Below, piece after piece: positions 40,403 through 49,908 of a stretch of 64,000 bases of DNA. The stretch comes from an uncultured bacterium. Lineage in GTDB: Bacteria > Zhuqueibacterota > QNDG01 > DTFT01. Location of the stretch: the NCBI GenBank assembly GCA_963736115.1, contig CAVTNR010000022.1, forward strand, positions 1-64,000, in the 5' to 3' direction. Under the pieces are notes generated by a model. That model saw only the letters and a list, made by a program, of their open reading frames with translations. It did not search any database and was not told the origin of the DNA. Each line of letters begins with the position of its first letter. Position 1 is the stretch's first letter. The position numbers and the translations under genes are program-made.

Positions 40403-40753
40403 ATGGATCGTTTTGAAATCGCCACGCGTCACGCCGGCGCGGTGTCGGTGGTCAGCCTGAAGGGATACCTCGACGCCCATACGGCCCCGGAGTTCGAGCA
40501 GGTCCTGCAGGCGCTTGTGGACGAGAAGCACGTGCGCATCGTGGTCAACTGCGCGAGCCTGAATTACATCAGCAGCGCCGGGCTGGGCGTGTTCATGGGT
40601 TTCATCGAAAACGTGCGGTCCCAGAACGGTGACATCAAGCTGGCCGAACTGACCGACAAGGTGTTCCGCGTGTTTGACCTGCTGGGTTTTCCGGTTCTTT
40701 TCGAAATCCTCAAACGGGAAGAAGATGCCCTCGCGAAGTTCGAAAAACCGTAA
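40403..40753 (+). CDS. Anti-anti-sigma factor (STAS, RsbV/SpoIIAA)
   Basis: GYLDAHTA, YISSAGLG phosphoacceptor motif. Confidence 0.92.
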   Translation: MDRFEIATRHAGAVSVVSLKGYLDAHTAPEFEQVLQALVDEKHVRIVVNCASLNYISSAGLGVFMGFIENVRSQNGDIKLAELTDKVFRVFDLLGFPVLFEILKREEDALAKFEKP

Positions 40754-40781
40754 GACGCCGCCGGGTTCGTCCGGCGGATCG

Positions 40782-41273
40782 TTGAAGCGCGCTAAAAGCG
40801 CGCCCCGCGTCGGGCGTCCGCCGGCCGCCGGCCGCGGCGCGACCCGCCTGCGCGTGCCCGGCCTGACCGGGCGGCTGGAGGAGATCCGGACCTTCGTTTC
40901 GGGAATCGCGCGGAAGTCAGGTTTCGTCGAGGAGGAAGTGAACAAGATCGAACTCGCCGTGGATGAGGCTTGCTCGAACGTCATTGAGCATGCCTACGGG
41001 GAGGAACGGCCGGGGGACATTGACGTGGCCGTCCGGGCCGACCGGAACCGGCTCACGGTGACCGTGTCGGACACCGGGAAGAGTTTCCGGTTCGACGGCG
41101 TGCCCGTTCCCGACATGAAACAGTATCTTTCCGAGCTCCGGGTCGGCGGCCTGGGCATCTACCTGATGCGAATGCTGATGGATGACGTCACCTACCGGAC
41201 CCGGGCGGGCCGGAACGAACTCCGGATGGTGAAATACCGCGGCCGGACCAGTCCGTCCCGGGATAAAGACTGA
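40782..41273 (+). CDS. Anti-sigma Ser kinase (RsbW/SpoIIAB-like)
   Basis: LAVDEACSNVIEHAY, SDTG, GGLGIYLM..LMD; start uncertain. Confidence 0.88.
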   Translation: MKRAKSAPRVGRPPAAGRGATRLRVPGLTGRLEEIRTFVSGIARKSGFVEEEVNKIELAVDEACSNVIEHAYGEERPGDIDVAVRADRNRLTVTVSDTGKSFRFDGVPVPDMKQYLSELRVGGLGIYLMRMLMDDVTYRTRAGRNELRMVKYRGRTSPSRDKD

Positions 41274-41279
41274 ACGCTG

Positions 41280-43010
41280 ATGGAACCGACGGGACCCGCA
41301 TTCGCGCCGGACGCCAGCCTCTCGCTTGACCAGCGCCTTCTCGAACAGTCGGCCCTGTTCGAGATGTGCCACACCATCACTTCCTCGCTGAGTCTCGGCG
41401 CCATCGTCGAGAACATGCTCCGCATCCCCATGGGCTATTTCCTTATCGCGCGGGGTATCGTCCTGCTGCGGGACCCGAAAGAACCCGAATACCGGGTCGA
41501 GGGGCTGCGGGGCATCCCTCGCGACATTTTCCATAAAACGCTCCGACTGAACGATCCGCCCGGACACTCCGTGCTGATGCGCGACCACACCGGCGAGGAG
41601 GAATGGGCGGCTTTTTTCAGGGGATTCGGAATCGAAATCGTCCTGCCCCTCGCGACCTCGCGGGGCGTGCTCGGCCTGCTCGGATTCGGCGAAAGAATCG
41701 GCGGGCAGACATTCGGCCTGCGGGAAATCGAATTTCTCGATTCCCTTTCCGGAATCGCGGGGACCGCGGTCGCGAACGGCCTTCTCGTCGAGGAGATCCG
41801 AAGCGTCAATCAGCAGCTCGACCGCAAGATCCAGCAGCTGCACACGATCTTCGACATCGGACGGGAGCTGAACGTGACCCTCGACACGGAGAAGATCGGG
41901 CATATCCTGAGCTTCGCCATCATGGGAGAATTGCTGGTGAACCGGTGCATGGTGCTGGCGGAAAAAGGGGAGGGCGCGGGCATCCGGGTTCTGGTTTCAA
42001 AGGGCGCTGTCTCGGCCCCGCCGGCGGATCCCGCCTGGCTCCGGCTGGCGAAACCCGAAACGTCCACGGGGGACGGTTTTTTCCCGGAATGGAAGCAGGC
42101 CGGCATCACCGCGCTGGTGCCGATGCGCATGCACGACGAAACCCGGGGGCTTCTGGCGCTCGGCCCGAAACTGTCAGGCGAGCCGTTTTCCGAATCCGAC
42201 CTGGAGTTTCTCTCCACCCTCGGGCACCAGGCGATGTCCTCCATCGAAAACGTCCGGCTGTTCCGCGAGGCTCTGGACAAAGAGCGGATGGAGGAGGAAC
42301 TGCGCTTCGCCCGCGGCATCCAGCAGGATCTTCTGCCCCGATCCATGCCGCCGATGAAGGGCCTCGACATCGCGGCCGTGAACGTTCCCAGCCGGGAGAT
42401 CGGAGGCGATTCCTACGACGTCCTTCAGCTTGACGCGGCCCGCGTGGGGTTCGCGATCGCCGATGTGTCCGGCAAGGGCGCCGGCGCCGCCCTGCTGATG
42501 GCCAATCTGCAGGCCAGCCTGCGCGCGCTGGCGGGCACCGGACTCCCGATTCGGGAACTGGTGTTCCGGATCAACAACCTGATCCATCGGAACACCGCGC
42601 TCGACAAATTCATCACGTTCTTCTACGGCGTGCTCGACACGGAGGCGCGGACCTTCGTTTTCTGCAATGCCGGCCATAATCCGCCCATCCGCGTGTCGGC
42701 CGGGGGGGACGAGACGCTCCTCGAGAAGGGGGGCGTCATCCTGGGCATGATGGCGAATGTCCCATACGAAACCGGCGAGGTTTCGCTCGTCCCGGGCGAC
42801 CGGCTGTTGTTCTATACGGACGGCGTCTCCGAGGCGGTGAATGAAAAAGGCGAGGAATTCGGCACCGACCGGATCATGGACGTGCTCCGGTCCGGACGGG
42901 AAGAGTCGGCCTCCGGCCTGATCGAGGCCATGATGGATGCGGTAGGGCGGTTCCGCGGCAAGGCGGAGCAGAACGACGATTTGACGCTGATGGCGGTGAA
43001 GATCGAGTGA
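41280..43010 (+). CDS. Double-GAF PP2C (RsbU-like) phosphatase
   Basis: Two GAF-like repeats, IGGDSYD, ADVSGKG, NAGHNPP, YTDGVSEA, DDLT. Confidence 0.92.
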   Translation: MEPTGPAFAPDASLSLDQRLLEQSALFEMCHTITSSLSLGAIVENMLRIPMGYFLIARGIVLLRDPKEPEYRVEGLRGIPRDIFHKTLRLNDPPGHSVLMRDHTGEEEWAAFFRGFGIEIVLPLATSRGVLGLLGFGERIGGQTFGLREIEFLDSLSGIAGTAVANGLLVEEIRSVNQQLDRKIQQLHTIFDIGRELNVTLDTEKIGHILSFAIMGELLVNRCMVLAEKGEGAGIRVLVSKGAVSAPPADPAWLRLAKPETSTGDGFFPEWKQAGITALVPMRMHDETRGLLALGPKLSGEPFSESDLEFLSTLGHQAMSSIENVRLFREALDKERMEEELRFARGIQQDLLPRSMPPMKGLDIAAVNVPSREIGGDSYDVLQLDAARVGFAIADVSGKGAGAALLMANLQASLRALAGTGLPIRELVFRINNLIHRNTALDKFITFFYGVLDTEARTFVFCNAGHNPPIRVSAGGDETLLEKGGVILGMMANVPYETGEVSLVPGDRLLFYTDGVSEAVNEKGEEFGTDRIMDVLRSGREESASGLIEAMMDAVGRFRGKAEQNDDLTLMAVKIE

Positions 43011-43052
43011 CGGTCGGGGGAAGAGCGGAATAGGAGAGGCGGCTTCGGCCGG

Positions 43053-43400
43053 TCAGCGCTGGTGATCAGGTGAAGTGCACCGGACGGCGCCGTTCGGCAT
43101 CAGCTCGTACGCGAATCCGTCCGGGCAGACGGGAAGAACCCCGTCCTGCATGAACGGAGCAAGTTCTTCGATTGCATCAGGGGTGACGGCCTTCCCTGTT
43201 TCCAGCAGCGTTCGGCTGTAGTATAACTTCTGTGCTTCTTCAAGGCTTCGCTGATTGGCGAAGCAGGTTGCGCGCTTGGCGGATTCCTGCAAAGGAATAT
43301 AATTGGTGACAGCGATGGATGCCAGAATGCCGACGATCACAATGACAAGCACGATCTCAACGAGGGTGAAACCTGGATGTTTTTCATTAAGGAGTTTCAT
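43053..43400 (-). CDS. Type IV pilin / pseudopilin
   Basis: Prepilin site G^FTLVE(5)IVLVIVIVGILASIA; C-terminal CP..C..H; lower GC. Confidence 0.88.
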   Translation of the reverse strand: MKLLNEKHPGFTLVEIVLVIVIVGILASIAVTNYIPLQESAKRATCFANQRSLEEAQKLYYSRTLLETGKAVTPDAIEELAPFMQDGVLPVCPDGFAYELMPNGAVRCTSPDHQR

Positions 43401-43717
43401 GTTTTCGATCATCTTTTAAAAGTGAAATATGCAAGAAACCGATTTCGAATCGAAATGACAGCCGAGGCTTTCCGGTTCGAAACGACCGGGATAGTTCAGA
43501 GCCGCGAACAGGCCTGATCGTTGTTAAGGCTTTGTAATTATATGTCTTACGCCAACAACCAATAAGGACAATATTCCGGAAAATCAGAATATGGCAGGCT
43601 TTATGCCTGAATGTCATTGTCAAACGGCAAAAATCAAACCAATGCGAATCCGGAGAATGAACTACGTTCTGCGTGGATTGATCAACTGGAGGCAAACGAG
43701 GAAAAGCCGATAAATAC

Positions 43718-43749
43718 AAAAGAGGAAGAAGCACGGGCTTCTTCCTCTT
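43718..43749 (-). terminator. Intrinsic terminator of the small lipoprotein gene
   Basis: AAGAGGAAGAAGC-ccgt-GCTTCTTCCTCTTTT on the minus strand. Confidence 0.8.
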
Positions 43750-43771
43750 CCCAATCCTGGATCTGATTCTG

Positions 43772-43927
43772 TTACTGAGCAACCACGGTCGAATCAACCA
43801 CAGCCGCGACAGAATCAACCGGAGCCGGAGCCGGAGCCGGCTGCTGTTCCTCTGCCTTCTTCGCGCAACCCATGACCGTCAATGCCATAACGGACACGCA
43901 GAACATCATCACGATGAATCTCTTCAC
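43772..43927 (-). CDS. 51-aa lipoprotein (absent from ORF track)
   Basis: AAGGAGGTG RBS, GTG start, MKRFIVMMFCVSVMALTVMG-CAKKAEEQQPAPAPAPVDSVAAVVDSTVVAQ; own promoter and terminator. Confidence 0.88.
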   Translation of the reverse strand: MKRFIVMMFCVSVMALTVMGCAKKAEEQQPAPAPAPVDSVAAVVDSTVVAQ

Positions 43928-43999
43928 CTTCTTCACCTCCTTGTGGTGTTTTGTATCTATGTGATTTTAAAGGATGTTGTTCATTAAAAACTTCATATA

Positions 44000-44027
44000 A
44001 ATATATAAAAAAAAGCCCGCAAGTCAA
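44000..44027 (-). promoter_or_regulatory. Sigma70 promoter for the small lipoprotein gene
   Basis: TTGACT-N16-TATATT on the minus strand. Confidence 0.55.
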
Positions 44028-44504
44028 GATAATTTTAAAGAATTTTCATGGGAGGACGTAAAATTTCGCTTGATTTTGATTGTCTGTTATTATAAATTTT
44101 TTAATGAGTTAATCTTGAATGGGATGTTTTTTCGGCCCCATCCGGAGGGCTCAGGCGGCAGGAACTACCTGAAAAGTACCGCGTAAAACCCGGCGATGCA
44201 GTCCTTCTGCACGGATCAATTGATACAGAAGACATACGGGTGAAAAGTCAAATTCCTGTTTTTGAGACGATGTGTTTGGGGTTGCACGGTAAATCGGGCG
44301 GCCAGAAGCCTCGTCATTCTGGTTCCAATTTTCCTGGATGATCGGAGATTGGGCTTCTGGCCGCTCCGACGAGTCGAATTCCCCGCCGCTGGCGGCTTCC
44401 ATCATCCAAGTTACCTGTGATACCCAGCTGCTTGCGGCGGGGTCCTTCATTAGACGGCCATCTGTCCGGATGGGCCGGATCCGGACATGCGAAAGGGAGA
44501 AGCC

Positions 44505-45428
44505 ATGACCGATTCCGTCATTTTCACCGAGGACCTAACCAAGATCTATCAGGGGGAACTCGGACAGAAGCCGACAATCGGAGTCGAGGGTTTGCATCTC
44601 GACGTACGGCCCGGTGAGGTTTTCGCCTTCCTTGGACCGAACGGCGCGGGCAAGACTTCGACCATCAAGCTCCTGACGCGGCTTTTAATGCCCACCCGGG
44701 GACGGGCCCTGATTTTCGGGGAGCCGGTATCGGACAACCGGACCATGCGCCGTGTGGGTTTTGTTCCGGAACAGCCGAATCTGTACGGTTACCTGACGGC
44801 CGCGGAAATGCTCGATTTCGTCGCGAAAATATTCGGTCTGCCCGCGTCCGTCCGGAAGAAGCGGATCAGCGACACCCTCGGCCGAGTGGGCCTTGCGTCG
44901 GCCGGCGGTCGGGCGGTTCGCACTTTCTCGCGCGGCATGATGCAGCGGCTGGGCATGGCCCAGGCCCTGATCAATGATCCTGATCTGCTCATACTCGACG
45001 AGCCCATGTCCGCGCTCGACCCGATCGGCCGGAAGGATTTCCGTGACCTGATACTGGAGCTCAAGAAACGCGGCAAGACGCTCTTTTTCAGCTCGCATAT
45101 ACTGTCGGACGCGGAGCTCGTCGCGGATCGTTGCGGCATCCTGAACCGGGGCCGTCTGGTGCAGACCGGCACTCTGGGAGACCTGCTGGACAGTCAGACG
45201 GGATCCGTTGAAATCGCCTTCATTCCGGCCGGAGGAAGGCCGTCCGCGGAGGACCTGACTCGATTTTCCATTTCGGACCAGGGCGGGAACCGGGTGGTCC
45301 GGGTAACCCGGCCCGAAGACGTGACCACCGTCGTGACCGCGGTCCAGGCGCACGGCGGCCGTCTGGTGTCCGTGTCGCCCGAGAGAAAAAGTCTCGAAGA
45401 CGTTTTCATGGCAGAAATCGGGAGATGA
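44505..45428 (+). CDS. ABC ATP-binding protein (PilH/XapD-like)
   Basis: GPNGAGKTS, FSRGMMQRLG, LDEPMSALDPIGR, FSSHIL. Confidence 0.92.
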   Translation: MTDSVIFTEDLTKIYQGELGQKPTIGVEGLHLDVRPGEVFAFLGPNGAGKTSTIKLLTRLLMPTRGRALIFGEPVSDNRTMRRVGFVPEQPNLYGYLTAAEMLDFVAKIFGLPASVRKKRISDTLGRVGLASAGGRAVRTFSRGMMQRLGMAQALINDPDLLILDEPMSALDPIGRKDFRDLILELKKRGKTLFFSSHILSDAELVADRCGILNRGRLVQTGTLGDLLDSQTGSVEIAFIPAGGRPSAEDLTRFSISDQGGNRVVRVTRPEDVTTVVTAVQAHGGRLVSVSPERKSLEDVFMAEIGR

Positions 45429-45431
45429 ACC

Positions 45432-46196
45432 ATGCGCATCCTGGCCGTGGCTTCGAACACATTCAAGGAAACGATCCGGAACCGGATCCTGGTGAACATC
45501 CTGCTGTTCGCCGTTTTCCTCATCCTGCTCTCCCTGGTCGTCGGCGAATGGTCGATGGGCCATCAGGTCAAGGTCATCAAGGATTTCGGGCTTTCCGCTA
45601 TGTCCCTGTTCGGGCTTCTCATCGCCGTTTTCATCGGCATCCGCCTGATGGTGCAGGAGATGGAACAGCGCACCATATATCTGATTCTCTCAAAACCCAT
45701 ACGGCGTTGGGAGTTCGTTCTCGGAAAATACCTGGGGCTCGCGGCCACGCTCGCTGTGAACGTGGCGCTCATGGCCGCGGCGCTCTGGGCCGTGGGGCTC
45801 ATGCAGGAAGGCCGTGTCGACCTGAGTCTGATTCCGGCCATTCTCCTCATCTACCTGGAGATTCTGCTCATCGTGGCCTTCGCCCTGCTCTTCTCGACCA
45901 TCACATCGCCCACTCTGGCCGCGGTTTTCACCCTGTGCGTCTACGTGATCGGCCACACCACCGCGTTCATCCGGGAATTCATCACGGTCCACCCAGACAA
46001 GGGTTTCCACTGGCTTCTGAGGATCATCTATCTGGTGATGCCCAATCTCGAAAACCTGAACCTGAAAGCGGCCGCGGTCGAACATTCGGCCCTGCCGCCC
46101 CATGCCGCGATGTTCGGCGCACTGTACGGCCTGGGCTACATCGCGTTTATCCTGATGCTGACCGTGCTGATCTTCGAAAACAAGGACCTGAAGTAG
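45432..46196 (+). CDS. ABC-2 permease (PilI/XapB-like)
   Basis: NTFKETIRNR, DFGL, EMEQRTIY.ILSKP..R, LGKY.G, FENKDL. Confidence 0.88.
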   Translation: MRILAVASNTFKETIRNRILVNILLFAVFLILLSLVVGEWSMGHQVKVIKDFGLSAMSLFGLLIAVFIGIRLMVQEMEQRTIYLILSKPIRRWEFVLGKYLGLAATLAVNVALMAAALWAVGLMQEGRVDLSLIPAILLIYLEILLIVAFALLFSTITSPTLAAVFTLCVYVIGHTTAFIREFITVHPDKGFHWLLRIIYLVMPNLENLNLKAAAVEHSALPPHAAMFGALYGLGYIAFILMLTVLIFENKDLK

Positions 46197-46206
46197 GAAA
46201 GCGGCC

Positions 46207-47019
46207 ATGAGACGCGGAATACGTCTTCTCCCTCTCTGGATCCTCCTGGTCCTGTCCGCGGCCTGCGTCACGGCGGTTCAGCGGAAACTGGACCGGGACC
46301 GGTCTGTGCATTTTGTGGACACCCGGCCCGTATTTCTGCCGAACGGCAAACTGCTCCGGTGGATGAGCATGGGTCATACCGCGTCATTTGCGGACGCGCT
46401 CTGGATTCAGAGTGTTCTCTACTTCGGCCGGCGGGTCATGGACCACGATAACCCGTATTACATGTATGCCTTGCGTCAGGGAATGCTGGACCGGGAGATG
46501 GAACGCGTCAAGCGGCCGGAAGTGCATCTTCCGGTCAATCCGGGTTTCGAGGTCCTGCATTCGCACCTCTTCTTCGGATTTAAAGAACGCGGCATGGTCG
46601 GCGATGTCTACCCGCTTCTCGACCGGGTGACCACGCTCGATCCGCATTTTATTGATCCCTATATTTTCGGAGGCGTATACGTCCTGATGAGCACAGGCGA
46701 GCTCGACGCGGCGGAAAGCCTTTTACTCAAGGGACACCGGGAGAACCCCGGCTCCTGGAAACTCGCGTTCTACCTCGGCTGGTATTACTGGATGTACAGG
46801 GGGGATGCCGATCAAAGCCGCGTTTATATGGAGCGCGCCGTGGCCCTGCCCGGATGCAGGGATTATGTGTTCAGCCTCCTGAAAGGCGTCTCGCGACAGG
46901 CCGATAAGTTGGACCTGACGGTTCAGTACCTGAGAGGCGTGCTCGAGAGCACGGACAATCCGGAAATCCGGAAGAAGATACAGAAGGAACTCGAAGCGCT
47001 GGAGGCGGCGCGGAAATAA
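46207..47019 (+). CDS. Membrane-anchored TPR-like protein (PilG/XapA-like)
   Basis: N-terminal TM, ADALWI...YFG, TTLDPHF..Y, KG..ENP..W. Confidence 0.65.
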   Translation: MRRGIRLLPLWILLVLSAACVTAVQRKLDRDRSVHFVDTRPVFLPNGKLLRWMSMGHTASFADALWIQSVLYFGRRVMDHDNPYYMYALRQGMLDREMERVKRPEVHLPVNPGFEVLHSHLFFGFKERGMVGDVYPLLDRVTTLDPHFIDPYIFGGVYVLMSTGELDAAESLLLKGHRENPGSWKLAFYLGWYYWMYRGDADQSRVYMERAVALPGCRDYVFSLLKGVSRQADKLDLTVQYLRGVLESTDNPEIRKKIQKELEALEAARK

Positions 47020-47140
47020 GTTCATCGTTCATGGTTCCTGGTTCATAGTTCAAAAAAATGTAATTTATCAGTATTGATTTCCTTCTTTCACTATGAACGA
47101 TACACTATCAACAATGAACTGTTTTCACAATGAACCATGA
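47019..47140. repeat. Heptamer inverted-repeat element
   Basis: GTTCATCGTTCATGGTTCCTGGTTCATAGTTC ... CTATGAAC..CAATGAAC..CAATGAACCATGAA. Confidence 0.8.
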
Positions 47141-47162
47141 AATTCTTTTTAAAGGAGACCCC

Positions 47163-47396
47163 ATGCCCGCAAGAAGAACACTCGCTGACGAAAAAAGCAG
47201 GCCATCCTGCCGATGCAGATCCAACGAGACGTTCTGGCCCGTTGCCCTGATCGCCGTGGGACTGGTCTGGCTGGCCCGGAACATGGGATGGCTCGATGGC
47301 GACGTGCCCTGGCTTCCGCTTCTGCTCATCGGACTGGGCGTCTACCTGATCGTCCGGCAAAACAGCCGCCGGAACGACAAACAAGACCCGGCGTAG
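47163..47396 (+). CDS. Small two-TM protein (LiaF-TM/DUF5668-like)
   Basis: AAGGAG RBS; FW...LI..G..WL..N.G, P..LI..G. Confidence 0.7.
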   Translation: MPARRTLADEKSRPSCRCRSNETFWPVALIAVGLVWLARNMGWLDGDVPWLPLLLIGLGVYLIVRQNSRRNDKQDPA

Positions 47397-47432
47397 TTCT
47401 GCCGCATCGCGATCTCCCGCTCCGGCAGTCTC

Positions 47433-48872
47433 TTGTCCCGGTCCGTTCCGTCGATCCTGCTCGTCAATCCCTGGATCGTCGACTTCGCCGCGTATGATTT
47501 CTGGAACAAGCCGGTCGGACTCCTGTCCGTTGGCGCGGTACTCCGGGACGCGGGATTCGAAGTCCGTTTGCTGGACTGCATGGACCGGTATCATCCGGCC
47601 CTGGCCGGCGATTCCGCGGCCCGGGCCGTCACGGCCGTGCGGACCCGGGACGACGGGTCCGGTCATTTCCTGAAAACCATTCTGGACAAGCCGGAACTCC
47701 TGGCGGCCGTCCCCAGGCGGTGGGGCCGGTACGGACTTCCCCTTGAAACGGTCCGCCGTCTGATCGCCTCACAGCCCGCGCCGGACGTTGTTCTCGTGAC
47801 TTCCGGTATGACGTACTGGTACCCGGGCGTGCAGGCGGTCATCGCAAGCATACGGGAACGCCATCCCGGCGTTCCGGTTCTGCTCGGCGGCATATACGCC
47901 ACGCTCTGCACGGAGCATGCGAGGAAGTGGTCCGGAGCGGACCGCGTGATACCCGGAGAGGGCGAGCGTGCGGGCCTGGAAGCCGTGGCTTCGATCACGG
48001 GACTGCGACTGGATCCGTCCCCCGGCGCTTTTCCGGAATATTTTCCCCGGCCTGCGCAGGATCTCTACCCCGTGCTCCGTTCCGCGTCCCTGATCACTTC
48101 GCGCGGATGCCCGTTCCGGTGCCCGTTCTGCGCCTCGCATCTGCTCAACAGCGGCGGTTTCAGGATGCGCGGCACTGAATCCGTCGTCCGGGAGATCGAG
48201 AGCCTTCACCTGGAGAAGGGCACGGTTGATTTTGCTTTTGTGGACGACGCGCTTCTGTTCCGTAAAGAAGAACATCTTCTGCCGCTCCTCAGGCTCCTTG
48301 CCGGGAAGAATCTGCCTTTGCGCCTGCACGCGCCGAACGGCATGCACCCGTCCTGGATCGACGGGGAGACCGCGGTTCTGATGCGGAAAACCGGGTTCCG
48401 GACCATCCGGCTGAGTGTTGAAACCGTGAATCCGGAACGCCTTCGTGAAATGGGGGGCAAGGTCACGGCGGAGAGCCTGAAGGAAGCGGTGAGACGGTTC
48501 GTCGAAGCGGGTTATAGTCCGGCCGAACTCGGGGCGTACGCGATCATGGGACTGCCGGGCCAGCCGATCGCGGAAACAGCCGAGACCCTGGCCTTCATTT
48601 TTTCCCTGGGCTTGCGCATCAGCCTGGCCGCATTTTCGCCCATTCCCGGAACCGCGAGCTGGGCCGAGGCTGTTCGGGCCGGGCTGATCTCCGAGGACGC
48701 GGATCCGCTCGTGTCGAACCACGCGGCGTTTCTCGCGCTGACCAGGCCGTCCGAATATGGGCGATTCGTGAAACTGGGCACTCTGGCCGCGGACGGAAAC
48801 GGCATGCTGAAAAAAGGCATCCCGCCCATGGAGAGCGCCGGTTTCCGGAGACGGTTGTCTGAATTTTCATAA
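47433..48872 (+). CDS. B12-binding-domain radical SAM protein
   Basis: NPWI.DFAAYD.W.KP.GL, TS.MTYWYPG, SRGCPFRCPFC. Confidence 0.9.
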   Translation: MSRSVPSILLVNPWIVDFAAYDFWNKPVGLLSVGAVLRDAGFEVRLLDCMDRYHPALAGDSAARAVTAVRTRDDGSGHFLKTILDKPELLAAVPRRWGRYGLPLETVRRLIASQPAPDVVLVTSGMTYWYPGVQAVIASIRERHPGVPVLLGGIYATLCTEHARKWSGADRVIPGEGERAGLEAVASITGLRLDPSPGAFPEYFPRPAQDLYPVLRSASLITSRGCPFRCPFCASHLLNSGGFRMRGTESVVREIESLHLEKGTVDFAFVDDALLFRKEEHLLPLLRLLAGKNLPLRLHAPNGMHPSWIDGETAVLMRKTGFRTIRLSVETVNPERLREMGGKVTAESLKEAVRRFVEAGYSPAELGAYAIMGLPGQPIAETAETLAFIFSLGLRISLAAFSPIPGTASWAEAVRAGLISEDADPLVSNHAAFLALTRPSEYGRFVKLGTLAADGNGMLKKGIPPMESAGFRRRLSEFS

Positions 48873-48952
48873 GCTGGATGCGGTTGGATGCGTACGCGAC
48901 AACAGCCGCACCCTGTCACGCCGGCTGAAGGCCGGCACACGGAGATCGTCTT

Positions 48953-49642
48953 ATGAACGAAAAGAATCCTTCCGGAATTCTGCCGTCCCCGGATCCTGTG
49001 CTGATTCCGTTTCCCGATGTGCCGATACCGGTCGGGGATGTGATGCGGCGGCTCGGGTATCCATCCGCCGGGTACGATCTGTCCGGCGGCATGGAAGAAA
49101 TCCTCAACAATGCCATGACCGAGGCGGGACGGCGGATGGACATCCGGACATCGCACCGGATTCTGGCCGTGGCCTCGAACGACGGCGGACGCGTTCTTTT
49201 CAAAGACTCGGACCTGATCATCGAGAGTGGAATGGTGGCGAAGCTTCTGCGCCGCGCGTCCTGCGTCGTGTGCCTCGCGGCCACGGCGGGCATTGCCATG
49301 GATAATGCCGTATCATCCGAAATGGACAGGGGGGAGATGACGGAGGCGTTCATGCTGGACGCCATCGGCTCCGAAACCGTGGAAGCGGCAGTGGATGAAC
49401 TGCACTGGAAAATTCTGAAGGAAATGGCCGAGGAGAACGGACTGAACGTCACGCCCCGTTTCAGCCCGGGTTACGGGGATTGGCGGCTCACGGTTCAGGC
49501 GGATCTGGTGCGCGCAAGCGGCGGGCCGCTCATCGGCATTTCGGTTACGCCTTCGTCTCTGATGATACCGAGAAAATCCGTAACCGCGGTGCTGGGATTC
49601 GAGCCGTGCTGTTTGGATGAGGGGGTATTGAGTGAAAGTTAA
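48953..49642 (+). CDS. Stand-alone methionine synthase activation-domain-like protein
   Basis: AATAG, LDAIGS..VE, TPRFSPGYGDW, LMIPRKSVTA. Confidence 0.82.
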   Translation: MNEKNPSGILPSPDPVLIPFPDVPIPVGDVMRRLGYPSAGYDLSGGMEEILNNAMTEAGRRMDIRTSHRILAVASNDGGRVLFKDSDLIIESGMVAKLLRRASCVVCLAATAGIAMDNAVSSEMDRGEMTEAFMLDAIGSETVEAAVDELHWKILKEMAEENGLNVTPRFSPGYGDWRLTVQADLVRASGGPLIGISVTPSSLMIPRKSVTAVLGFEPCCLDEGVLSES

Positions 49643-49908
49643 GGGTAATTTTGTTTGATTACGACAAACTTCGTCCTGGAAGATGGGTTCTATAAGTGCA
49701 CGATTACTCTGTTCCGGAGTCGGACCGGCTTTCCCTTCGTTAAATTCCGCTTGATTTTATCGTCTTCATTATTTAAGATGGAATATCCGATACTTTGAAC
49801 TCCTGACGCGGAAAATGAATCGTGCCCCGTCCTCCTGATGAAAATCGCCCTCTTGGCGCCGTCCCCGGACACGCGGCTCCGCCTGATCCGCATGGAAAGA
49901 ACGACCCC

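Noticed and set aside
43425-43450. Sigma54 promoter for the pilin gene
   Set aside because: TTGCA is present but there is no GG at the -24 position
43387-43818. 143-aa minus-strand ORF
   Set aside because: Crosses a terminator, has atypical composition and no motifs
43815-44027. 70-aa ORF from the track
   Set aside because: Starts in the promoter and is out of frame with the better-supported lipoprotein at 43772-43927
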